From an uncultured Gammaproteobacteria bacterium (GTDB taxonomy: Bacteria > Patescibacteriota > Patescibacteriia > Veblenbacterales > UBA10138): a DNA stretch of 64,000 bases. Location of the stretch: positions 175,463 to 239,462 of the forward strand of contig CAYGDX010000001.1 of assembly GCA_964348825.1 (NCBI GenBank). Direction: 5' to 3'. Both the position numbers and the translations under genes were made by a program. Below are positions 49,679-60,124 of the stretch, one piece after another (within the stretch, counting starts at the first letter, position 1; each line of letters begins with the position of its first letter). The notes beneath the pieces were generated by a model. That model was given only the letters and a program-made list of their open reading frames with translations. It did no database searches and was not told the DNA's origin.

Positions 49679-50797
49679 ATGTTGAAACGTTTATTTTTAA
49701 ACCTAAGAACCTGGGACGGAGCCCTACTTACCATCACTTTATGCTTACTTGGGTTGGGGTTGGCTGAGATTTTATCAAGCGGGCTTGCGCAAGGCACGGG
49801 CTTGGGTTTATTTTGGCGGCAACTTTTGGGGGCTATTTTGGGATTAATTGCTTTATTTTTTACAGCCAGTATTGATTATAGAATACTGCGGTCATGGTCG
49901 CGTTTGGTTTATTTTGGGGGAATTTTATTATTGATTTTGGTATTAATTTTTGGTGTGACTATTCGAGGAACTACCGGCTGGTTTAATTTTGGCTTACTAA
50001 CTTTTCAACCAGTAGAATTAGTAAAAATTGCCTGGATTATTACTTTAGCGGCTTATTTAACAATGGTGGGGCCGCCGCTCACTTGGCTTAAAACTGCAAA
50101 TGCTACTTTTTTACTTTTACCGCTTGTGGGTTTGATTTTGTGGCAACCTGATTTTGGTTCGGCTTTTTTATTGATTGCGGTTTGGGGGGCAATGCTTTGC
50201 GCTATGCCTAAACCAAAAAAATGGTGGTTGGTGATGGCTTCGCTCGCGGTAGTAGTTGTATTGGTGGGGGCTTTGTTTTTAAAGCCCTATCAAAAAGATC
50301 GTTTAATGGTATTTTTAAATCCCCAAGCTGATCCTTTGGGTAGTGGTTATAATGTTCGTCAATCAATTATTGCAGTTGGTGCAGGGAAAATTTTAGGGCG
50401 GGGCTTAGGGCTTGGCACACAAAGTCAACTACGGTTTTTACCCGAGCAGCATTCGGATTTTATATTTGCTTCAATTACTGAAGAGCTTGGGTTAGTCGGT
50501 GGTATTTTAATACTTGGCCTGTGGTTTGGATTTTTTTATAGAATATATTTTTTAATGCGACGCGCACGTGATGATTTTGCGGTGCTCTTGGCGCTTGGAA
50601 TTTTTAGTTTATTCGCGGTGCAAGTGGTTTTAAATATTGGAATGAATTTAGGACTCGCCCCAGTGGTTGGTATTACTTTACCGTTTATGAGCTCGGGCAG
50701 TTCATCACTTTTTGTTAGCTTATTAATGGTTGGGGTACTGCAGAATTTAGCCAAACATTACGGTAAACGCGCCCCGGCGATAGAAGTGGAGAGTTAG
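49679..50797 (+). CDS. SEDS-family peptidoglycan glycosyltransferase (FtsW/RodA)
   Basis: 372 aa and multi-TM. Conserved motifs (…WQPDFGSAFLL…, …SGYNVRQSIIAVGAGKILGRGLGLGTQSQLRFLPEQHSDFIFASITEELGLVGG…). Confidence 0.88.
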   Translation: MLKRLFLNLRTWDGALLTITLCLLGLGLAEILSSGLAQGTGLGLFWRQLLGAILGLIALFFTASIDYRILRSWSRLVYFGGILLLILVLIFGVTIRGTTGWFNFGLLTFQPVELVKIAWIITLAAYLTMVGPPLTWLKTANATFLLLPLVGLILWQPDFGSAFLLIAVWGAMLCAMPKPKKWWLVMASLAVVVVLVGALFLKPYQKDRLMVFLNPQADPLGSGYNVRQSIIAVGAGKILGRGLGLGTQSQLRFLPEQHSDFIFASITEELGLVGGILILGLWFGFFYRIYFLMRRARDDFAVLLALGIFSLFAVQVVLNIGMNLGLAPVVGITLPFMSSGSSSLFVSLLMVGVLQNLAKHYGKRAPAIEVES

Positions 50798-50960
50798 TTT
50801 TAAAATCCGAAATCCGAATATCGAAATCAAAAATTTAAAAATTTTAATATTTAAATTAGTGATAGACATCATTGCTTGACATTTGTGGATAACCGGGTGT
50901 AAGCTGTAGCCAAATAAAATAAATACAAATTACAAATCACAAACTATTTTGGAGTAACGA

Positions 50961-51464
50961 ATGAAACAGTTTTTTAATAAAATCAATCCTTTTTACTGGA
51001 AAAATAAAGATAATTTCCTAGATTATCAGTTACCAGTGTTGGTAATAGCATTTGCAATTATTGGTGTTGGAATTTGGTTAACAAGCGCTTATTTCCAAGA
51101 AAAGAAAATTTACGACGAGCAACAATTATCCGGATTGGTCGTTAATAATTTTCAAGTGATAGACGGTGCCGTTGCTTCCATTTTTAGTGAAGCATTGCAT
51201 GAACAATTTACTAAAGCTGGTGCTATTTTTAACAAAGATGAAGTGAACGCTGTTGCTGTAATAGGTATAGTTAAAAAAGCTGGTGGCGGGCACTCTATTT
51301 CCGTTACAGTATTGTCTGATGGCAAAACAATGATTTTAGAATCAATTGACGCTGATCCAGATGGCACTGATGATATAAAAACAAATGCTCAACATGTGGT
51401 CAGCGGAATTACATCACAGTTAGCCAAATGGCATCAACAAAACAAACAAAAAGAATTTTTATAA
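50961..51464 (+). CDS. Hypothetical membrane-anchored protein
   Basis: 167 aa with an N-terminal TM helix. A terminator follows (51489..51518: ggcaag-tg-cttgcc plus T6). Confidence 0.4.
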   Translation: MKQFFNKINPFYWKNKDNFLDYQLPVLVIAFAIIGVGIWLTSAYFQEKKIYDEQQLSGLVVNNFQVIDGAVASIFSEALHEQFTKAGAIFNKDEVNAVAVIGIVKKAGGGHSISVTVLSDGKTMILESIDADPDGTDDIKTNAQHVVSGITSQLAKWHQQNKQKEFL

Positions 51465-51562
51465 TTCAATTGGTATTTTCTTTTATGTGGGGTAGGCAAG
51501 TGCTTGCCCTTTTTTATTTCCAGTCAGGTTGACCAAAGCATTATATTTGCTACAATAATAAT

Positions 51563-51913
51563 ATGAACTCCAAACGTAAATCACAATCATTGCCTCATGA
51601 AAGTTTACGTCTTATTGCGTATTGTCCTTTGTGCGAGGCACCATTCAACCCATTGCGCGCGCGATTATTAGAAGAACAAGATGGCGCGCAACTCATGCAC
51701 ATTGAATGTGCTAAGTGTTCTGGCGCTATGGTAGCACTAATTATGAGCTCTCCACTTGGAATTACTTCCTTTAGTTTACTTACCGACCTTACTTCTGAAG
51801 ATGTAATTCATTTTAAAGATGAAACAGCTTTATCAGCTGACGAGGTATTGGCTTTTCATGGGCTCTTGCACAAAAACAGTATTTCCGCTAAGATAAACAG
51901 AGCCGAAGTTTAA
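51563..51913 (+). CDS. Hypothetical protein (possible zinc ribbon: CPLC…CAKC)
   Basis: 116 aa containing two CxxC pairs. Confidence 0.35.
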   Translation: MNSKRKSQSLPHESLRLIAYCPLCEAPFNPLRARLLEEQDGAQLMHIECAKCSGAMVALIMSSPLGITSFSLLTDLTSEDVIHFKDETALSADEVLAFHGLLHKNSISAKINRAEV

Positions 51914-51972
51914 TCTTAATTTTTTATGTAAAAACGGCTTAATTAGACGTTTTTTTAATTACAAATTATCGT

Positions 51973-52647
51973 ATGGAAATATTAAATGCTACAACTCGTT
52001 TAACTGAGCAAACTACCAATAATTTGCGTTCTAGCGGTCAAATTCCAGGAGTACTTTATGGGCATGGTATAAAACCAGTTTCACTTGCAGTTGAAAAAAT
52101 TATTTTTGGTAAAATTTGGCGTAGCGCTGGCGAAAGTACTTTAGTTGATTTAATGCTTGATAATAAAGAAGCGGTTAAAGTATTAATTCAAAGTGTGCAG
52201 AAAGATCCAGTTAAAGGTACGATTGATCATGTTGATTTTCATCAAATTAGAATGGATGAAAAGTTAACTACTGAAATTCCTTTGAAATTTATTGGTGAAG
52301 CGCCAGCCGTCAAAGAATTTGGTGGTATTTTGGTACGCAATTTAGATCACTTGAAGGTAGAATGTTTACCTAAAGATTTGGTGCATGAAATTGAGGTAGA
52401 TACCGCGCTACTTAAAGAATTGAATCACAACTTGCTTGTAAAAGATATTAAATTACCAGCCGGTATTAAAGTTTTAATGAAAGACGATGAAATGATAGCC
52501 ACTGTAATTCCACCGCGTACTGAAGCAGAACTTGATTCTATTAAGTCAGAAGTTAAGGAAGATGTTAGCCAAATTCAGAAAGTAGAAACCAAGAAAGCCG
52601 ATGAAGAAGCGGGGGCTGATGACAAAAAATCAGAAGCTAAAAAATAA
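51973..52647 (+). CDS. rplY: 50S ribosomal protein L25 / general stress protein Ctc (long form)
   Basis: 224 aa. N-terminal L25 domain (…RSSGQIPGVLYGHG…) and an acidic C-terminal tail. A bidirectional terminator lies at 52661..52695. Confidence 0.85.
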   Translation: MEILNATTRLTEQTTNNLRSSGQIPGVLYGHGIKPVSLAVEKIIFGKIWRSAGESTLVDLMLDNKEAVKVLIQSVQKDPVKGTIDHVDFHQIRMDEKLTTEIPLKFIGEAPAVKEFGGILVRNLDHLKVECLPKDLVHEIEVDTALLKELNHNLLVKDIKLPAGIKVLMKDDEMIATVIPPRTEAELDSIKSEVKEDVSQIQKVETKKADEEAGADDKKSEAKK

Positions 52648-52660
52648 TATATATTTTTAA

Positions 52661-52695
52661 AAACTCTCTCGCTATACGGCGAGGGAGTTTTTAGT
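52661..52695. terminator. Bidirectional intrinsic terminator between rplY(+) and prmC(-)
   Basis: aaactctctcgc-tatac-ggcgagggagttttt with an A-run upstream and a T-run downstream. Confidence 0.6.
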
Positions 52696-52715
52696 TTGCA
52701 AATTTTTGTAGTACG

Positions 52716-53564
52716 TTATGATAATTCAAGTCTTAAAACTCTGGGGCGGCCTGTGAGGTCGTTTATTATCTCAATTCGGCTGTTAGGAAATAATTCAGTA
52801 GCGTGGTTTTTTAATTGTTCAGCTGTAGGTGGATGTAGTTCTAGGAATATAGCTTGAGGTTTAACTGGATAATTCTTGATTTGTTTAAGCAGTTTTTGGT
52901 AGTGATAAAGACCGTCTACCCCGCTCACTAAGGCCGCATGAGGTTCGTGTTTTATATTGGGTGTAATATCATCAGGCCTTAAGTAGGGTAGGTTGGCTAT
53001 AATTATAGAATTTATAATTTCATTAGGCCATAATGGTTCTAACAAATCGCCTTGGAGTAGTTGTACTTGTTTATTCACTTTGTGTTTTTTAGAATTTTGA
53101 CTGGCTACCTTGAGGGCGCGTTTGGAAATATCACTGGCTAAAATTTTAAGTTTTGGAAATTCTAAAGCTAGGGTGATAGCAATACAGCCACTGCCTGTGC
53201 CAATATCGATCGCTGTAGTTATGGTACTATTCGCGCGAATAGTGCTCATAGCGATTTCAATAAGCAGTTCAGTTTCGGGGCGGGGGATTAATACATTTTT
53301 GTTAACTAAAAAATTATGACCATAAAATTCTTGATTGCCAGTTAAATAAGCAATTGGAATATGGTGGCGACGTTTAAAAATTAACCACCAAAATCGACCA
53401 GAAGTTAAATAAGAAATTATTTTGTTGGTTTGGGCAAATAGGGAAGCGCGATTGATTTTTAAAATATATGATAATAAAATTTCAGCGTCGAGTTCTGGCG
53501 AATTCGACGCTTTATGTAGTGATTTAGCTCCTAGTTTAAGAAGATTTTGAACAGTAAATAGCAT
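52716..53564 (-). CDS. prmC: Release factor glutamine N5-methyltransferase (HemK/PrmC)
   Basis: 282 aa. SAM motif (IDIGTGSGCIAITLA) and NPPY-type motif (IIANLPY). Lies downstream of prfA on the same strand. Confidence 0.88.
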   Translation of the reverse strand: MLFTVQNLLKLGAKSLHKASNSPELDAEILLSYILKINRASLFAQTNKIISYLTSGRFWWLIFKRRHHIPIAYLTGNQEFYGHNFLVNKNVLIPRPETELLIEIAMSTIRANSTITTAIDIGTGSGCIAITLALEFPKLKILASDISKRALKVASQNSKKHKVNKQVQLLQGDLLEPLWPNEIINSIIIANLPYLRPDDITPNIKHEPHAALVSGVDGLYHYQKLLKQIKNYPVKPQAIFLELHPPTAEQLKNHATELFPNSRIEIINDLTGRPRVLRLELS

Positions 53565-53620
53565 AATAATCTAGATTTTAACTTATAATCAGAGTTAATA
53601 TCAAATTAGTGCCGCCCTTG

Positions 53621-53813
53621 TCTCCGGGTTTGTACAGAGCGCCTGCCTACCGGTAGGCAGGCAAGGCAAATGAGCGTTCGGTCAGGCCGTGCTGTGGTCG
53701 CTGTGCATAGGCCGAGCCAGCTCGTTTGACGAGCACTGTTCAAACCCGAAGACCGACCTGCCTACCGGCAGGCAGGGGCGGCGACTCTTGCACCACTTCT
53801 CTAGAGAAGTGGT
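53621..53813 (+). mobile_element. MITE-like repeat family 1, copy 3 (prmC-prfA spacer), subfamily with a ...cttctctagagaagtggt terminal hairpin and two cctgcctaccggtaggcagg palindromes
   Basis: Terminal inverted repeats and core shared with the other copies. It carries the 20-bp palindrome cctgcctaccggtaggcagg at about 53648 and 53760. That palindrome also occurs alone at about 56640. Confidence 0.6.
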
Positions 53814-53827
53814 AAAATAAATTAAAA

Positions 53828-54892
53828 TTAATGATTCTCTTTTTTTAGCTCTTCAATCACAAGCTCTAAACCACCTTCCATAATATTCGGTAAATTGTGG
53901 AAGTTTTGATTTATTCGATGATCAGTTAGGCGGTCTTGCGGGAAGTTGTAAGTGCGGATTTTTTCAGAGCGCTCACCACTGCCAATTTGAGAGCGGCGTG
54001 AGGCGTCGCGTGCACTATGTAATTGCTCTTGCTTGAGCGCGAGTAATCGTGAACGTAGAACAATCATAGCTTTTTCTTTATTTTGTTTTTGGGAACGTTC
54101 GTCTTGACATTGTACTGTTAAACCAGTTGGCAAGTGTACAATACGAATGGCCGAGTAAGTAGTATTAACTGATTGTCCGCCGTGTCCTGAAGCAGTGTTG
54201 GCTTCAATTTTTAAATCTTCTGGTTTAATTTCCATATCTATTTCATCGGCTTCGGGGAGTACTGCCACCGTCACAGTTGAAGTGTGTACTCGACCATTTT
54301 TTTCAGTATCAGGCACACGTTGTACGCGGTGCACGCCGCTTTCGTATTTTAAATCAGAGTATACGCGGCGTCCGGTTATTTCCAAAGTAATATCTTTAAA
54401 ACCGCCGACATCATTACGGCTGGAATCAATAATTTGCACTTGCCATTTTTTACTTTCAGCGTACCGTGTATACATACGATACAAATCAGCCGCGAAAAGC
54501 GCGGCTTCGTCGCCACCAGTGCCACCGCGTATTTCCATAATGATATTTTTACCGTCCATTGGATCAGATGGTTCAAGGAGCTCCCTTAACTCGGCGTTTA
54601 TTTTGGCTAAATGAGTGGTGGTTTTTATATTTTCTTCAACAATCATATTTTTCATTTCAGCTTCAGTTTCGTTTTTAGCAGATGATTCCAAATGTTCAAG
54701 CTCTTGCATTAAATTTTTTCTTTTTTCTGCCAAATCCAAAATCTCCCGTACCGAGGTGTACTCGCGGTTTAGTTGGGTCAGCAAGGGTTGGTTGGTAAGC
54801 GTATCGGCTTGTGCAAGTTTGGCTTCTAGTTCAGCTTGCCTTTCCTCTAGGGTGATAAGTTTTTGGTCGATATTGGTCATAATCGTTGTCAT
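53828..54892 (-). CDS. prfA: Peptide chain release factor 1
   Basis: 354 aa. GGQ motif ([11 protein letters not shown]) plus RF1-type domains. Confidence 0.95.
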   Translation of the reverse strand: MTTIMTNIDQKLITLEERQAELEAKLAQADTLTNQPLLTQLNREYTSVREILDLAEKRKNLMQELEHLESSAKNETEAEMKNMIVEENIKTTTHLAKINAELRELLEPSDPMDGKNIIMEIRGGTGGDEAALFAADLYRMYTRYAESKKWQVQIIDSSRNDVGGFKDITLEITGRRVYSDLKYESGVHRVQRVPDTEKNGRVHTSTVTVAVLPEADEIDMEIKPEDLKIEANTASGHGGQSVNTTYSAIRIVHLPTGLTVQCQDERSQKQNKEKAMIVLRSRLLALKQEQLHSARDASRRSQIGSGERSEKIRTYNFPQDRLTDHRINQNFHNLPNIMEGGLELVIEELKKENH

Positions 54893-54922
54893 TCCCGCGT
54901 AGGCGGGAATCCAGAAAATTAA
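54889..54922 (+). repeat. Short palindromic unit immediately upstream of the prfA start
   Basis: ttgtcattcccgcgtaggcgggaatccagaaaat. Confidence 0.8.
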
Positions 54923-54934
54923 ATTTATTTGTTA

Positions 54935-55101
54935 TTTTGTCACTTCTTTAATAGAAGTAACCAAGAATCGCCGCCTCGGTCTTCGGGTTTGAACAGTGCT
55001 CGTCAAACGAGCTGGTTCGGGCTATGCACAACTACCACAGACACGCCCGAACCGGACGCTCATTTGCCTTGCGCTCTGTACAAACCCTACGACAGGGCGG
55101 C
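54935..55101 (-). mobile_element. MITE-like repeat family 1, copy 4 (upstream of prfA)
   Basis: Inverted orientation. Preceded by an acttct-ttaat-agaagt hairpin. Generates the spurious ORF 54929..55111. Confidence 0.6.
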
Positions 55102-55300
55102 ACTGTTTTAGGAATTGGGATTTTTAATAATTTGGATTTATTTAGGATTTAGGGTTTTAGATTTAGGATTTTTAGAAACAAAACTCTTTCTAAACCCTTG
55201 TCCTTACTAATTAACTCTACCATATTTATAGTGATAAAAGCGAAACCAAATACAATACTCCCGCTCGCAATTAAAAAAAGGAGCGGGAGTAGAATAGTGC

Positions 55301-55561
55301 TTAATTGTCAGCTTTAACAACTTCAGCTTTGGACTTTATTTTCTTGGCTGTGGTTACCGAGGTTTTTGTAGCGCGCTTTTTGAAGCGATCCACGCGACCA
55401 GCGGCGTCAAGCACTTTTTGTTTGCCTGTGAAAAATGGGTGACAAGCAGCACAAATTTCCACATGGAGTTCCTTGACGGTAGAGCCAGTGGTAAAGCTAT
55501 TACCGCAGGCACAAGTGACTACGGCATCGGAATAATATTTTGGATGGGTATCTTTTTTCAT
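55301..55561 (-). CDS. rpmE: 50S ribosomal protein L31 (Zn-binding type)
   Basis: 86 aa. [10 protein letters not shown]…CACGNSF…[10 protein letters not shown]. Confidence 0.9.
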   Translation of the reverse strand: MKKDTHPKYYSDAVVTCACGNSFTTGSTVKELHVEICAACHPFFTGKQKVLDAAGRVDRFKKRATKTSVTTAKKIKSKAEVVKADN

Positions 55562-55774
55562 ACAGAATGATTGTAGTATACTATGGGATTTTTGGCAAGG
55601 GGCTTGCCAATTTTATTAATTTAATATATACTATATTCACTTATTATTTATCAATCCTACTGTAGTTTTGGCTGTTTCCTTGTCCGCCGATGAGGCGAGA
55701 TTTTCAGCCGTTAAGAGCTATGGTAGCAGGTCTTATCAAAATATCTGATAAGGCGTAAAGGAAGGTATTTTTTT

Positions 55775-56491
55775 ATGTCTAAAATCCAAATTCCATCTCT
55801 ACTCGAGATGTTAAAGTCAGGTGTACATTTTGGCCATCAAACTGCCAAATGGCATCCTAAAATGAAAGAGTTTATTTATGGCTCACGCGCTGGCGTGCAT
55901 ATTATTGATTTAGAAAAAACTCGCGCTTCACTGGAAAAGGCGTTAGGGTTTATTAAAGAAATTGCGGCCGCAGGTGGCGTAGTTTTATTTGTAAGCTTGA
56001 AAGAACAAAGTCATACCATTGTGCGTGAAGCCGCTATAAGTTGCAGTATGCCTTATATTACCGAACGTTGGTTGGGCGGAGTGTTCACTAATTTTTCTGT
56101 GATAGTAAAATTATTGCGCCGACTTGATCAATTAGAAGGTGAAAAAACTAGAGGTGAATGGGAAAAATATTCCAAGAAAGAGCAATTGGATAAACAAAAA
56201 GATTTTGATAAACTTAATGACAGTGTAGGTGGTATTCGAACATTAACCAAATTACCCCAAGTAGTTTTCTTAATTGGTACACGTGAAGGCAAACACGCTA
56301 TTCGTGAATCAGTGAAAGCCAAAGTGCCGGTGGTAGCGGTAGTAGATTCAAATACCAACCCTAAAATGGTTGATTACATAATTCCCGCCAACGATGATGC
56401 TTTGCATTCTATTCAAATGATTGTTGGTTTGGTGGCCGAGGCGGTGAAAGAAGGAAAAGATGTAGCTAGCGCGCCAGTGGTTAAGGCCTAG
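55775..56491 (+). CDS. rpsB: 30S ribosomal protein S2
   Basis: 238 aa (…LLEMLKSGVHFGHQTAKWHPKM…). Confidence 0.95.
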   Translation: MSKIQIPSLLEMLKSGVHFGHQTAKWHPKMKEFIYGSRAGVHIIDLEKTRASLEKALGFIKEIAAAGGVVLFVSLKEQSHTIVREAAISCSMPYITERWLGGVFTNFSVIVKLLRRLDQLEGEKTRGEWEKYSKKEQLDKQKDFDKLNDSVGGIRTLTKLPQVVFLIGTREGKHAIRESVKAKVPVVAVVDSNTNPKMVDYIIPANDDALHSIQMIVGLVAEAVKEGKDVASAPVVKA

Positions 56492-56502
56492 TTTTATAAC
56501 TG

Positions 56503-56531
56503 TCATTCCCGCGGAGGCGGGAATCCAGAAA
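56503..56531 (+). repeat. Short palindromic unit downstream of rpsB
   Basis: tgtcattcccgcggaggcgggaatccagaa. Confidence 0.8.
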
Positions 56532-56710
56532 CATAAATCCTAAATCCTAATATCTAAACTCTAAATAAATCCCAATAACTAAAATCCAAAAAAGTTTTAA
56601 ACATTTGAATTTTAGATTTATTTCGGATTTCGCCTGCCTGCCGGTAGGCAGGGATTTAGTGCTTCGGATTTAAACACCATTGATTTAAAATTATAAATTT
56701 AAAATTTAAT

Positions 56711-57325
56711 ATGAGTATTTCTATCAACGATATCCAAAATCTAAGGAATATTACCGGTGCTGGCATGATGTCAGCCAAGCGTGCATTAGAAGAAGCGGGT
56801 GGTGATGTGCAAAAAGCCGTTGATTTATTGCGTCAAAAGGGGGTAAAAGTAGCGGCCGGCAAAAGCGATCGTACCACTAGCCAAGGTTTGATTGAATCAT
56901 ATATTCACGGCGAGGGAACACTTGGTGTTTTAGTGGAAGTGGCTTGTGAAACAGATTTTGTGGCGCGCACCGATAATTTTAAAAATTTGGCGCATGATTT
57001 AGCTATGCAAATTGCGGCTTCCGCGCCGCAGTATATTCAAGCGGAAGATGTGCCAGCCGAAGTAGTTGAGCGTGAAAAGGCGGTTTATGTGGCGCAACTC
57101 GCTGAACAAGGCAAGAGCGGTGAAATGGCCGAAAAAATAATTATCGGCAAGCTGGAAAAGTTTTACGCCGAAGTTTGTTTGCTAAAACAACCGTTTTTTA
57201 AAGATGATAAAAAAACCGTGGGTGATGTAGTTACTGAAATGATTGCGACTTTAGGGGAAAATATTAAAGTAAAGAGGTTTGCGAGGTTTGGTTTGAGTGG
57301 AGGTGCGAGTGTTTGTAGTAAGTAA
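56711..57325 (+). CDS. tsf: Elongation factor Ts (short form)
   Basis: 204 aa. N-terminal UBA-like region (IQNLRNITGAGMMSAKRALEEAGGDVQKAVDLLRQKG) and dimerisation core. Confidence 0.9.
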   Translation: MSISINDIQNLRNITGAGMMSAKRALEEAGGDVQKAVDLLRQKGVKVAAGKSDRTTSQGLIESYIHGEGTLGVLVEVACETDFVARTDNFKNLAHDLAMQIAASAPQYIQAEDVPAEVVEREKAVYVAQLAEQGKSGEMAEKIIIGKLEKFYAEVCLLKQPFFKDDKKTVGDVVTEMIATLGENIKVKRFARFGLSGGASVCSK

Positions 57326-57478
57326 GAGTCTAGAGTAAGAGTATTGTGTCATTCCCGCGTAGGTGGGAAGCTATTAATTTAAAAATTAAAAATCAAAATG
57401 GAAAATGACAATGTAAAATGAAAAATTTTAAATTTTAATTTGTCATTTTTATTTTTGATATTTACATTTTGATTTTTT

Positions 57479-58186
57479 ATGCCAATCAAACCACACTACC
57501 GTCGTATCCTATTAAAGTTATCCGGCGAGTCACTTGGTAATTCCGGTACCGGTATTGATTTAAGTAAATTAAAAGAAGTAGTTGATGTTATTCGAGCTCT
57601 ACGCGCTTTACGCGTTGAGCTCGCTATTGTAATTGGCGGCGGAAATATTTGGCGGAAGCGCAATCAAGGCGGGGGAATGGACGAAGTTACCGCTGATTTT
57701 ATGGGCATGGTGGCCACAGTGATAAATGCTTTAGCTTTACGGCAAGGATTGTTTAAAAGTAAAATTAAAGTAGTTGTGCAATCGCCAATTTGTTTTGATT
57801 TGCCCGGAGTTGATAAATTAAATCCCAGTCAAGCACAAAAGTTTTTGAAATCAGGAGTGGTTATTTTTGCGGGCGGTACAGGCAAGCCATTTTTTACCAC
57901 TGATACCTCAGCCGTAAATCGCGCTTTGGATATTAAGGCCGATTTAATTATTAAAGCTGGCCCAGCTGATGGCGTGTACACTGCTGATCCAAAAATAAAT
58001 AAATCAGCTGTCAAATATTCAGTGCTTAGTTTTAAAGAGGCGATTAATAAAAAATTAGGTGTAATGGATATGTCCGCCCTTAAATTCTGCCAAAAACACG
58101 GCCTTAAAGTTCTAGTTTGCAAATGGAATAAGGCCAACGTTTTGAGCGCCGCCACTGGTCAAAAAGTCGGAACATTGGTGAGTTAA
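57479..58186 (+). CDS. pyrH: UMP kinase
   Basis: 235 aa. RILLKLSGESL…IVIGGGNIWR. The rpsB-tsf-pyrH order is conserved. Confidence 0.93.
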   Translation: MPIKPHYRRILLKLSGESLGNSGTGIDLSKLKEVVDVIRALRALRVELAIVIGGGNIWRKRNQGGGMDEVTADFMGMVATVINALALRQGLFKSKIKVVVQSPICFDLPGVDKLNPSQAQKFLKSGVVIFAGGTGKPFFTTDTSAVNRALDIKADLIIKAGPADGVYTADPKINKSAVKYSVLSFKEAINKKLGVMDMSALKFCQKHGLKVLVCKWNKANVLSAATGQKVGTLVS

Positions 58187-58212
58187 TTTTTGATAAATTG
58201 TTACATTATAAA

Positions 58213-58278
58213 TGTCATCCTCGCGGCTTGTCCTGCCGTAGCTTGTAGCGAAGGAGGAAGGCGGGAATCCAGAAGACT
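58213..58278 (+). repeat. Short palindromic unit variant with a ~30 bp internal insertion, downstream of pyrH
   Basis: tgtcatcctcgcgg…[cttgtcctgccgtagcttgtagcgaaggaggaa]…ggcgggaatccagaag. Confidence 0.6.
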
Positions 58279-58507
58279 AAGCGATTTTTGTTATTAAATT
58301 ATTTTCTTAAAAGCGTTCATTTTGAACCGCTTTGTTTTTTATGTTATTATTAAACCATAATATAAAATAAATTGCCCTTTTAGTTAAAATCGGTCCGGAA
58401 GACCAAACCCTGCCTTAAGCATATTTGCCAATCTTACAACGTCGTAGTGGATTAGTTGATTGAGCATTTTTGTTACCTCGCAGGGTTTTTTATTTAACCA
58501 AAAGTTT

Positions 58508-58669
58508 TGCCGCCCTGTCGTAGGGTTTGTACAGAGCGCAAGGCAAATGAGCGTCCGGCTTGGGCGTGTCTGTGGTCGCTTCGCATAGCCCAAGCCAGCT
58601 CGTTTGACGAGCACTGTTCAAATCCGAAGACCGAGGCGGCGATTTTATGTTACTTTATAAAAAGTAACA
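58508..58669 (+). mobile_element. MITE-like repeat family 1, copy 5 (downstream of pyrH)
   Basis: About 90% identical to copy 2, including the gttactttataaaaagtaac terminal hairpin. Generates the spurious ORFs 58507..58734 and 58384..58614. Confidence 0.65.
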
Positions 58670-58834
58670 AAAGAAGAGTTATCCACACCCTTGACATAAA
58701 AAACAGCCGGAGTATATTATGTATTATCCACTAAAGTTAGGAAAAAGAACGACCTATCTGAAACATTTACAAATAATCGTAATGAGTGGAATAATCAACA
58801 ATCGTTCTTTAACAAATAATATAGGAGATTTGTT

Positions 58835-59698
58835 ATGAAGAAATTCATAGCCCTTATTCTTTGTTTATTCGTCGCGGTGGTATTTGCAAAGCCACCAACA
58901 ACCACAATCGGTATTGTTGTTGCGTCTGAGCCGGCGATAGTTGTTAGTAACGTCAATTCACAACCAAGCGAGAAATGTTTGGATCAAGCAGTGAATTGCG
59001 GCGTTAGTAATTCAAGCGTTATTCAGGATAATTTAAATGTATCAAACACAGCCGGAGGTCTGACGCAAAATAGCATCAAGCTCGGTTTAGTTGATAATTT
59101 AAAAATTTCCCATTATCCTACCCAAAACAATACAGGAGGTATGGCGATTTTCGCCCCGATTGTAGGTTTTGGTGGTAATAATTTTAATGAAGTTATTCAA
59201 TTGCAAACGTCGGTTAACATAGCCGAAGGTATATTGCGCAATGGTGTTGGTGTGGTTTCCACAAAAACAAACGCACCCATGATGGTTATAAATAGCTTAA
59301 AAATCAGCGGACTAATGAACGACGTAACCTATGCATCCAATTACAACAACTCGTTTGACGGTGGGTATGTTGCTACTGCGGTCGGAGTGAAAATAAGAAG
59401 TCACACATCCACTATGGCCAGCTCTTGCAATTATTTAACTGCAGCGGCGGTGACCAATTCGACGAAAATGGCGGTCACCCAACAAGATAAAGCGGATAAC
59501 ACAACAACGGCGACCATTTCCGGGTCCACAGTGATGAATTCAACAACCAACGAACAAATGAGCATGGAAGTTTACAATTCAATCACCGGCAATAACTCGT
59601 ATTATTCCAATCCAATCGTAATCAACAGTCGTAGCGGTAAATTTGAAACGTCACTTTCGTACCTCAATTCAACCGCAGGAACAACAAATCCGTGCTAA
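58835..59698 (+). CDS. Secreted hypothetical protein, Ser/Thr/Asn-rich
   Basis: 287 aa. N-terminal signal peptide (MKKFIALILCLFVAVVFA). The mature part is about 40% S/T/N/G with no recognisable domain. Sits in the MITE-bracketed island. Confidence 0.5.
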   Translation: MKKFIALILCLFVAVVFAKPPTTTIGIVVASEPAIVVSNVNSQPSEKCLDQAVNCGVSNSSVIQDNLNVSNTAGGLTQNSIKLGLVDNLKISHYPTQNNTGGMAIFAPIVGFGGNNFNEVIQLQTSVNIAEGILRNGVGVVSTKTNAPMMVINSLKISGLMNDVTYASNYNNSFDGGYVATAVGVKIRSHTSTMASSCNYLTAAAVTNSTKMAVTQQDKADNTTTATISGSTVMNSTTNEQMSMEVYNSITGNNSYYSNPIVINSRSGKFETSLSYLNSTAGTTNPC

Positions 59699-60066
59699 AA
59701 TCATTTCGGTGACTTTACCATTAAGCGCGGTTTAAAATTTTTTATAGGGTAAAGTCAAATTGCTGGCTCGGGATGTGTTGGTTGTCGTTATATTTAAAAT
59801 TCTACACAGTCAAAACGACATATGACGTTAGTTAATTAATAACGCATTCCGGGCTGGTCTTATTAAATCACAAACAAAAATTACACATCACATTGTGAAG
59901 GGAACAAAAATTATGATTTTTTCTTCATTACTACTGTCATTAGTTCCTTATCATCCGGCGTCTGCAAAAAATTCTGCCAGTAGTCGGTCACCCTAAATAT
60001 TTTTCACCATTTAGATGTGTGATAGATTAGCGATAGCGGTATCTCCAAAATTTTCTAAAACATATC

Positions 60067-60105
60067 AGCGGGTGTTGTTCACAAAGAACCACCCGTCTTT
60101 TTTTA
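60067..60105 (+). terminator. Intrinsic terminator-like hairpin upstream of MITE copy 6
   Basis: gcgggtg…cacccgt followed by T7. Confidence 0.45.
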
Positions 60106-60124
60106 CTTAAAATAATTCAAACAA

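Noticed and set aside
55590-55615. Hairpin ttggcaaggggcttgccaa plus T-run as the terminator of rpmE
   Set aside because: It lies upstream (5') of rpmE on the opposite strand. In that orientation the U-tract precedes the stem. It is more plausibly a plus-strand attenuator in the rpsB leader, or a coincidental hairpin.
58835-59698. Horizontal acquisition of the secreted STN-rich protein based on composition
   Set aside because: By eye its GC and codon choices are not clearly different from core genes such as atpA. The island argument rests on the flanking MITEs and the ORF-free DNA, not on composition.
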